Made by a program: the position numbers and the translations under genes
Notes under the pieces: model-generated
Told to the model about the DNA's origin: nothing
What the model saw: the letters and a program-made list of their open reading frames with translations, nothing else
The model's database searches: none
Part shown: positions 19,730-26,980 of the stretch, in pieces
How positions within the stretch are numbered: the stretch's first letter is position 1
Layout of the letters: each line of letters begins with the position of its first letter
DNA from: Thermoplasmatota archaeon
GTDB lineage: Archaea > Thermoplasmatota > JAKEGO01
NCBI GenBank assembly: GCA_028279595.1
Contig: JANQNK010000002.1
Coordinates: 1,970-65,969, forward strand
Direction of reading: 5' to 3'
DNA length: 64,000 nucleotides

Positions 19730-20730
19730 AGGCAATCATCTGAAGGAAAATCAAATATAAATGTTTGTCCACAACCTTGAGAATTGTCACGATAACGAGA
19801 GGGTAAACAGTAACCTATTTGAATATTATCGTTCTTTCTGACTAGTCTATATATCGATAAGATATCTGGTTTTGGTCCAATTGGACTAAACACTAAATTG
19901 TAATTATCAATGGAAATATTTTCCTCGTCAGCAAATACATCGAGAATACTCTTAAATTCGTTATGAAATTGCCATGGGTGAAAGCCACTTATTTCTTTTG
20001 ATGTAACAAATTGATTCGCTAATAAGTCTTTATTATTTCGGTAGACAATGTCTTTTTGATCACTCCAATTTGGAATGCTCGTTACGGGAATTAATGCTAA
20101 GGTTCGATATGGTTTATAATTTCGAAAAATTGACATCGCTCGATTTCCTTGGAAACCAAGGTATATTAACAAGATAGAATCGCGGTGCCTGACCTTTCCA
20201 TGAAATGTAGGTACAGAAAATATCTTATGGGTTCCCATGACAAAATCATTTTCAGCAGAGCTATATTCTCCAACCATTGAATATGTAAAAATGGTTTTAT
20301 CTAGATCTATAATATCCAATGTTATTAATGCACAATATTTAGGAATACAAGATAAATCAACGATTAAAGGATATGAGAATGAGCATTCATGAATAACTTG
20401 ACGAAATTTATGATACTGATACAAGTTTAATGAAATTATTGAAAATTCGATTCCAAATGAATTCAATAATTGTTGTATTAACCTCTTATTTTGTTGGTAT
20501 TTTCTAATTGTCTCCTTGTCTTTCACATCAAGTGAAGAGATATTTAGTAATGATTGCTGATAATTTGTAAAGTCAATTAACCAACATTCCCTGATTTGAT
20601 ATTGAGTAATAATTGTTCTTATCGAGTGATACGACCGGTCCGCAAAACTAATAGCACAAATTAAATCAACCATATCATTTTTATATTTATTACTTTCTTG
20701 AATTAACTGTCTTGATGGAGTTATTCTCAT
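19726..20730 (-). CDS. Hypothetical protein (334 aa), third gene of the operon; alpha/beta Rossmann-like pattern, no motif recognised
   Basis: ORF with ATGA overlap to the upstream SIR2 gene (tcat at 20727-20730). Alternating hydrophobic strands: LICAISF, LIVDLSCIP, ILLIYLGFQGN, TLALIPV, LVFSPIGPKP. Confidence 0.75.
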   Translation of the reverse strand: MRITPSRQLIQESNKYKNDMVDLICAISFADRSYHSIRTIITQYQIRECWLIDFTNYQQSLLNISSLDVKDKETIRKYQQNKRLIQQLLNSFGIEFSIISLNLYQYHKFRQVIHECSFSYPLIVDLSCIPKYCALITLDIIDLDKTIFTYSMVGEYSSAENDFVMGTHKIFSVPTFHGKVRHRDSILLIYLGFQGNRAMSIFRNYKPYRTLALIPVTSIPNWSDQKDIVYRNNKDLLANQFVTSKEISGFHPWQFHNEFKSILDVFADEENISIDNYNLVFSPIGPKPDILSIYRLVRKNDNIQIGYCLPSRYRDNSQGCGQTFIFDFPSDDCL

Positions 20731-23228
20731 TCATCTCCCCAATCAAATTCAAAGTCATCTTTCTCAATAACAAGAAATTCTAACCAGTTTTCAAGAAGTG
20801 ATTTTACAAATGAATCAGTATCATGAAGTATTGTATTGAAATGATCGGCGTTTATCTCTCTAGGATGTCGATTTTGAATGGCTAATGAGAAGTATGGGGT
20901 TAATAATCTATGGAATTTATAATTCCGATAAGGTGTTTTTTCTCTTGCATGAAGATTTCGTGGAAATAATGGTTCTTGCAACAGCTGTACTTCGAGAGCT
21001 TGTCTTAAATAATCCTCAAGTTCATCTTCGATAGGTGAACTCATAGTATTGATGCAAATTTGTGAGGTTCGTCTGATTAAGTCTTTTTCTTTAACATAGT
21101 TGAAATCATCATTTGCCATTCGTTTTTTATATCGGTTAACGCCAGCTGTTTGGATCCCTTTGAATAACTCACCTAATGCATCAATTAATCTTCTAACGTG
21201 TTCCGGATTTTCGATATCTTCATTTGATTGCATATAATGAAGAACGGACTTGATTTTCACAACATGATTTTGGGCATTACAAGGAATCGGATTGAGTTCC
21301 ACTTTTTTTTGACTGATATCTGGAAAAGCATAGTACAGCGTGTCTTTGACAAGCGAAACAAAATCTCGAACGATCCCAGAGGATAAATATGCATAATTTC
21401 GAAATCCAGAATAATCCATTCCAATACTTAAGGGTTCTTCAATTGATTCATAATTTTTACTTGGAAGTAACACCTCAATGTTATTAATGTTGAATTCCTC
21501 TTCATCTAAACGTCTATTGGCTACATTTTTTAAAAACGATATGTATTTTTCTCTATCTTTAATCGTGAATCTATCTAAACTTACCGGATAATAATCGTGA
21601 TATTTCCGGAGAATTTTATTATTTGTATCATGATAACACATTGACCCACTTTTAACTCCAATTTTATAATTGAGGTGGAAGTTATATTGTAACGGGGCAT
21701 TTCGGCTTCTTAGTGTTGTATTAATTACTCTCTGTTGATCAGTTGATAAATTATCAAACTCATCGAGAAGAATATACACGTTTTGAAATTGTAATATGTT
21801 ATGAAGTTTCTTTAACGAGTGAAGAAGTACAAGTGGACCAGTTAACGTTAAATGATCATATTGGCCGGTAGTACACAAATCCATCTCTGAATATAAAAGG
21901 TCACAGAGACTATCTAATGAATTAACATTCTCTAAATGAAAAATCTTACCGATTGAGTGTGCTATTTCGTTTGAATTGTCGAATGACAACTCGTCTTCCA
22001 TAAGTTCACAAATATGAGTCATTAAAAATAAATTAAAATAATGTTGGAAAAACCTTGCCCATTTAATATCGTCCTCGAACTCTTTTTCAGTGGCATAGAA
22101 AGCTTCTGGTAAACATTTTATGTAAAATGCCAGATTCTCATCACTCTGATTAAGTATTATTGATAAATAACGAAGAAGCCATGACTTGCCTGAACCCCTA
22201 TGCCCTTCGATAATCGTATTGCTTCCTGGTTCTACCATTCGAATATAGTCCGTAGGCGGAATAAAATATTTCTTGATAATATCCTCTTCACCTTTTCGAA
22301 CAATTTCAGAACTAATGTATTTGAAAGGATTTTTATCTTTCGTGAAACTAGATTCTTTTCTTTCTATAGAGGAATTCGACATTGAAAAACGTTGATACAT
22401 AATTTGTAAATTCTGAATGAAGTGGTTTGCATCTGAATGAACGAATTTAAATCCATACTGTTGAACTAAATCATCCGCCTCTAGCTCTGAATCATCAGAA
22501 ATTAGATAATTCGTCTTTCCATTGTGTTCACTATGAATCTCCTTATAAACTATTCGAAAGTTAATGTCTTGAGCACTATAACCGATTAAAACAAGTATTT
22601 TCTCTCTAAAAAGTACCCTCAATTTGTCCTTAAATGCTTTATTATTTGATTGATTCATCCATTGCTCAAAATCATCTTTCGTTATGACAATTGAAGATGG
22701 TTCGATTGTATCACCATGAATTTTATAGATATTAATAGATGGATTAGGAGGTTGATGCATTTGGTCTTCCTTGTAATATAATTGGTACTCTGAAGAATCG
22801 GTATATGATTTTTCTAGCAAATGATCATAATTTGTTGTTATAAAGTCACACGGAGGCAACTCAGTAATCATTTTATGTAATATACTAGTATTTTCTTCTT
22901 CCACACTTTCAATTATGTGGGCAATTTTAATCTTTAATTCCTCATCAGTATAATTGTTTTTGTATAGTTCAATTATCTCTTGAGGATCCCCGCCATTTTC
23001 CAGAATTTGTCGAGGTTCTGCAAGGATAGGTTTTTTTTCCAATTCTTCGGCGAGTATATTCGCTAACTCTCTCAAATCGGGTAATCCAGCACTGGTACTT
23101 ACTCCAGCACCCAGAATGATGACATAATTTTTATTAGTCATAGCCTGAAGTAATGGAGAAATGTCCATATTCGAATTAATGGCTTTTTCGACTCGTTCTT
23201 TCACCACGGCACCACTATCTTTGGTCAT
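20727..23228 (-). CDS. SIR2-like (SIR2_2 type) domain fused to a P-loop NTPase
   Basis: N-terminus: VIILGAGVSTSAGLPDLRELA, FITTNYDHLLE, IYKIHGD. Middle: Walker A IEGHRGSGKSWLL and Walker B VYILLDEFDNLS. GGTGA lies 5 nt upstream of the ATG. Confidence 0.85.
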   Translation of the reverse strand: MTKDSGAVVKERVEKAINSNMDISPLLQAMTNKNYVIILGAGVSTSAGLPDLRELANILAEELEKKPILAEPRQILENGGDPQEIIELYKNNYTDEELKIKIAHIIESVEEENTSILHKMITELPPCDFITTNYDHLLEKSYTDSSEYQLYYKEDQMHQPPNPSINIYKIHGDTIEPSSIVITKDDFEQWMNQSNNKAFKDKLRVLFREKILVLIGYSAQDINFRIVYKEIHSEHNGKTNYLISDDSELEADDLVQQYGFKFVHSDANHFIQNLQIMYQRFSMSNSSIERKESSFTKDKNPFKYISSEIVRKGEEDIIKKYFIPPTDYIRMVEPGSNTIIEGHRGSGKSWLLRYLSIILNQSDENLAFYIKCLPEAFYATEKEFEDDIKWARFFQHYFNLFLMTHICELMEDELSFDNSNEIAHSIGKIFHLENVNSLDSLCDLLYSEMDLCTTGQYDHLTLTGPLVLLHSLKKLHNILQFQNVYILLDEFDNLSTDQQRVINTTLRSRNAPLQYNFHLNYKIGVKSGSMCYHDTNNKILRKYHDYYPVSLDRFTIKDREKYISFLKNVANRRLDEEEFNINNIEVLLPSKNYESIEEPLSIGMDYSGFRNYAYLSSGIVRDFVSLVKDTLYYAFPDISQKKVELNPIPCNAQNHVVKIKSVLHYMQSNEDIENPEHVRRLIDALGELFKGIQTAGVNRYKKRMANDDFNYVKEKDLIRRTSQICINTMSSPIEDELEDYLRQALEVQLLQEPLFPRNLHAREKTPYRNYKFHRLLTPYFSLAIQNRHPREINADHFNTILHDTDSFVKSLLENWLEFLVIEKDDFEFDWGDE

Positions 23229-23247
23229 GAATTCACCAGGACTAAGT

Positions 23248-24204
23248 TTATTTTTCGTAAATTGCCAAAACGTTCATATCAGGTTCAGATTTCATTGTGC
23301 CAATTATCCGGATTCCATGTTTATATCCACGTTTAATAAAATTGTAGGCAAATACTCCAGTATCGTAATCACCATTCGGACAAACGTGTAAATGTAATGT
23401 GTCTCCCGAATTCGTTAAAGGTACACGATAATCAATCCATGAAATTCGGCCATTTTCTGATGCAGAATTTTCTACCACTCGAATAGCGTCATCCTCGTTG
23501 AAATGATCGTTAAACCATTGCCAATATTCTTTCCTCTTCTTTCGTACTGAGGCAGTCATATTTCCGGACTCATAGGTTGGAGGTTTACACCGGTGATCAG
23601 ACGAAAGCAATTTATCATAAAGGAGCTCAATTTTCCCATTTTCAAACTCACAAGCGGTAGGTATTAATTTTGTCTCAGGAACATCATTTGTTTTCGATTC
23701 CGATTGACTTGGTAAATTTAAAAACACCAATGACCTTGGAACTGAAATTATACTATTTGGATCTCTCCATTGTTTCTCATCTGTGCCGTTTTCGACGATG
23801 AATAATCTTTCAGGATAGCTTGATAAATAATGTAATGATAAATTTATCAACTGACGATATGGGTTATTTACTGGTTGAAGTCGCACATTATATCCAGATT
23901 TTGCGGTTGTTCCTTCACCTACTTCTTTACCTTTCTCAGCTGAGATGCTTGGTTTAATGAATGTGAATATTCCGCTCAACAGGCTCCCGATTTCAGTTGT
24001 CGTTACAGAGCTGGAAAGATTTAATTTTTTTCGTATTTGTTTAACATTGGATTCGGATAACTGAAACTCATAAAACTCCTGATCAAAATCAGGTCTTACG
24101 ATGGCATCGTAGAAATTACTGATTTGAGGCTTATCAATAAAACATGGTGCGTCAGCCATCCAACCCAGAGAGAGTATCTTATTATTGATGAGATCCTTCT
24201 TCAT
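23248..24204 (-). CDS. Hypothetical protein (about 318 aa), first gene of the operon
   Basis: Long ORF. I prefer ATG 24204 (MKKDLINN), which is preceded by AGGGGGA and an AT-rich TATA-like stretch. The ORF-track start at 24243 is a TTG. No family recognised. Confidence 0.7.
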   Translation of the reverse strand: MKKDLINNKILSLGWMADAPCFIDKPQISNFYDAIVRPDFDQEFYEFQLSESNVKQIRKKLNLSSSVTTTEIGSLLSGIFTFIKPSISAEKGKEVGEGTTAKSGYNVRLQPVNNPYRQLINLSLHYLSSYPERLFIVENGTDEKQWRDPNSIISVPRSLVFLNLPSQSESKTNDVPETKLIPTACEFENGKIELLYDKLLSSDHRCKPPTYESGNMTASVRKKRKEYWQWFNDHFNEDDAIRVVENSASENGRISWIDYRVPLTNSGDTLHLHVCPNGDYDTGVFAYNFIKRGYKHGIRIIGTMKSEPDMNVLAIYEK

Positions 24205-24386
24205 TTCATCAATCCCCCTATGTAACCCATATATATGTATCAATTATAAATATTCCTTAGTGCTACGAGTATATATACAATCAATATCCGAATAATATTC
24301 ATCGCTATTATTCTTGGAGAGATATCTTTTTATTTTTTCTTAGTCTGCTTTGCGTAATCATTCGAGATATACAAATTTACTAGATA

Positions 24387-24395
24387 CCCCCCCCC
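24387..24395. repeat. C9 homopolymer in the divergent promoter region
   Basis: tagataCCCCCCCCCatattt read directly. It sits between a TTTACTAG half-site (24376-24383) and the 18-bp palindrome. Confidence 0.9.
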
Positions 24396-24413
24396 ATATT
24401 TACTAGTAAATAT
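24396..24413. promoter_or_regulatory. Perfect 18-bp palindrome ATATTTACTAGTAAATAT between the operon and wHTH paralog 2
   Basis: It equals its own reverse complement. The 12-bp core TTTACTAGTAAA recurs at 28674-28685, upstream of the regulator-integrase genes. Confidence 0.45.
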
Positions 24414-24436
24414 GTGACAGAATCTCTTCTTGAACT

Positions 24437-24457
24437 AACGTTTCTTGGAAGTAACAG
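24437..24457 (-). repeat. Diverged copy D of the island repeat core, in reverse orientation
   Basis: The reverse complement reads CTGTTACTTCCAAGAAACGTT. It shares TTACT and the exact 10-mer AAGAAACGTT with the 19-nt core. Confidence 0.5.
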
Positions 24458-24600
24458 TTGATGGAATATAGTAAAAACGCTGATCTTGAACGTCCGTCCG
24501 TATGTGACAATTCGAAAATGTTAGTAAATACATGTAATTTCTTTGTATAGTGATTATTATTATATATTATCCACAATCATTCTGTATTTGGGAACAGGTG

Positions 24601-25224
24601 ATGACTTTGGGTAGTACTAAGAATATGTTCGGAGAAGTGACATCCTCGGTTGATGAGTTGATGAAAAAAGCGAAAGAGAGCTCGAAACATGCCTTCAAGG
24701 TAGGAGATTACAGAGCAACAACAACTCTATCAGAAAATATCCAAAGAATGAAGCAGCTCAAGAAAAACATGGCTGAGATCCACAAGGAATTCAATAATAT
24801 CGAACACTCTGTCACATCAATACAAATAATTGAAAAACCTAGGACACGTGGTTCAAACCTTCGCGGTAAAGTGACTACCGGAAAGGATTTTATTACCCCA
24901 ATTCTCAAGTCCATCAATGAACTGGGCGGTTCTGTAAAGACAAGTGACGTTCTTAAGAAGGTAAAACAGAAGATGAGTTTTAAACTCAATGAATTTGACA
25001 AGCAACCTCTACCATCGAATCCCTCAATGCCACGATGGAAACAAACAGCACAATCAATCCGAGTTCAAATGGTAAATGATGGCCTTCTGAAGAAGGATTC
25101 TCCAAGAGGTGTCTGGGAGATCTCAGCGCAAGGACGTAAAGCGATCGAATCCGATCAGAAGAAATCGGTAAAACCGAAATCCAAATCTCAGCTTAAAGGT
25201 AACACAAAGGCGAATTCAAAGTAA
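24601..25224 (+). CDS. Coiled-coil plus Mrr_N-like winged-helix protein with basic tail (paralog 2)
   Basis: PILKSINELGGSVKTSDVLKKVKQKM...PSMPRWKQTAQSIRVQMVNDGLLKKDSPRGVWEISAQG aligns with 12358-13080. ATG 24601 is preceded by AGGTGA. Confidence 0.75.
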   Translation: MTLGSTKNMFGEVTSSVDELMKKAKESSKHAFKVGDYRATTTLSENIQRMKQLKKNMAEIHKEFNNIEHSVTSIQIIEKPRTRGSNLRGKVTTGKDFITPILKSINELGGSVKTSDVLKKVKQKMSFKLNEFDKQPLPSNPSMPRWKQTAQSIRVQMVNDGLLKKDSPRGVWEISAQGRKAIESDQKKSVKPKSKSQLKGNTKANSK

Positions 25225-25593
25225 TACTCGAGGTTATTACCTCCTTGTTGAAGGTTTGTAATGAAGCTTTTTCAATCATGATTTAATGGATATCGAGTGT
25301 TGTACTAAGATGCCCCTATTGTCAGAAATCAAATATTTATAACACTTTCGATCATTAATAAATCATCACTAAATAATACGTTTTCACATTCATCGTGTCT
25401 TCATATACTCTGGTCTCTTTTCGACCATTTATATCCATTGGAATAATAACTTGGCATTCCAGTAAATAATCTCCAATCTTTAGGATCGTTGTTTGAAGAA
25501 TCGTTTTCATATAATAGATGAGTTGGGGGAAGTTTTCTCCCCCCATTTGATTTCTTAGAGGAGTTATTATCCTCTATCACGTGTAATCCCGTT

Positions 25594-25881
25594 CTATTCT
25601 TCAGTCTCCTCCTTATCATCAACATCGGACTCATCATATTCATCATCGTCGATGTATTCCTCTCCCGGGTCTTCATCAAGATCCTCGGCACAATCAACTT
25701 CGTCGCTGGTTTCTGTCTCCTCATCATCCTCAGAGGCATCATCTTCCTCAGTGGATTCTGGGACATATACCTCGACTTTCGAGCGAATGACGACAAGTCG
25801 ATCGGGATCATCATCTATGACCACGACAGATTCGTCGCCATCTTCTAAGGGCGTTTCAGCCCCATCGCTTACATTATGCAA
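25594..25881 (-). CDS. Highly acidic small protein (uncertain; TTG start only)
   Basis: 95-aa ORF dominated by Asp/Glu (EEDDASEDDEETETSDEVD...DDDEYDESDVDDKEETEE). No in-frame ATG. The overlapping alternative frame 25401-25814 continues past its stop. Confidence 0.4.
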   Translation of the reverse strand: MHNVSDGAETPLEDGDESVVVIDDDPDRLVVIRSKVEVYVPESTEEDDASEDDEETETSDEVDCAEDLDEDPGEEYIDDDEYDESDVDDKEETEE

Positions 25882-25935
25882 TATAGCACAACCTCAAGGG
25901 ACGCCATGATCCCTGATTTTTTTCTGAATCGAGAT

Positions 25936-26259
25936 TTAGTTGGAATACCCCATCAAGTGTGGAGACACGCTTCGTAACAGATTTCGAATTGGGCGGATCC
26001 GTTGTATAAAGATCTCGTTATTATCTCCTAGTGTCACTCCTACGCGATCACCGATTCTTAATCCGAATAGGGTGAACTGATCGGCCGTTGCTTCGATTGT
26101 GAGACATTGTTCAGATTTGACGACAATACTGTTATGACCTACACTAACAACTTGACCCACGAATTGCGTCCATCTGAGGAGATGGAAACCGGATGTTCTG
26201 TGCTTACCGATGATGCGACCCCCGAGCGGAGGTTTCTGTTCCCGTCCCATTCGGACCAT
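25936..26259 (-). CDS. Small hypothetical protein (107 aa)
   Basis: ATG start immediately downstream of an AT-rich TATA-like stretch, giving a near-leaderless layout. Beta-rich sequence, no family recognised. Confidence 0.5.
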   Translation of the reverse strand: MVRMGREQKPPLGGRIIGKHRTSGFHLLRWTQFVGQVVSVGHNSIVVKSEQCLTIEATADQFTLFGLRIGDRVGVTLGDNNEIFIQRIRPIRNLLRSVSPHLMGYSN

Positions 26260-26980
26260 TCTTGTAATTATATTTTAATTAATATATAAACTTTGTTAAT
26301 TAAATTCGGATGATGCATGAGAATTTTACTTCCAAATCTATCGAAAACGTGCGTAATTCCGGGATTTAGGGGGTATTTTCCAAGAAAAGGGCGTAATAAT
26401 GTATATCATTGTTTACATATCTAGTTATTTAGTTTGTAAACAATGCATACATGTTTACAAAAGTATTATATACTACATGTCCTCGACTGTATATTATTGG
26501 AAAAGACGCTATAATACCTCACTGATACTTCGAAATTATCGTATCCGACAGCTTGAGATGTAGATATTCAAATTTCCATATAGAATAATGCTATAATGCT
26601 TCGGTTACTTTAATACGTTATAACCCTTCCACAATCGTTCATATAGTACTTTTATATGGGAGAATAATCTATGGAAGAAATCGTTATCCAGAGATCAATA
26701 TTCAATTCTTCCAATCCATAAGCTATATTGAAGATCTACGATACTACATCATGACTCTTATTTGAAACGATCTCAAGATTTTACTGTATTACTGAGAATT
26801 AGTTGTGTGATATGCAATTTCTGCTACTATGTCTATATTATTCGTTCAGAACACGTACCAGAGGTACCCCTCCCCCTCCCCGTGTTAGAATTACCCTCAA
26901 CTATGCGTAAAGAGGCATGTCATGGGGTACCCATAGAGGTACCGATTTAAGATTGGAATTGAACTTGGGACCATGCCCTT

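Noticed and set aside
13603-24510. Shared 10-mer ATGTGACAAT (13603 and 24502) and TATGTGACA (24411 and 24501) as a regulatory motif
   Set aside because: 10-mer repeats are expected by chance many times in about 20 kb of AT-rich DNA, and nothing else supports a function.
25401-25814. 137-aa Met/Arg-rich ORF as an independent gene
   Set aside because: Its N-terminal two-thirds is the out-of-frame reading of the acidic repeat. Only the last 65 codons or so look protein-like, and that part is discussed as a possible frameshift rather than annotated.
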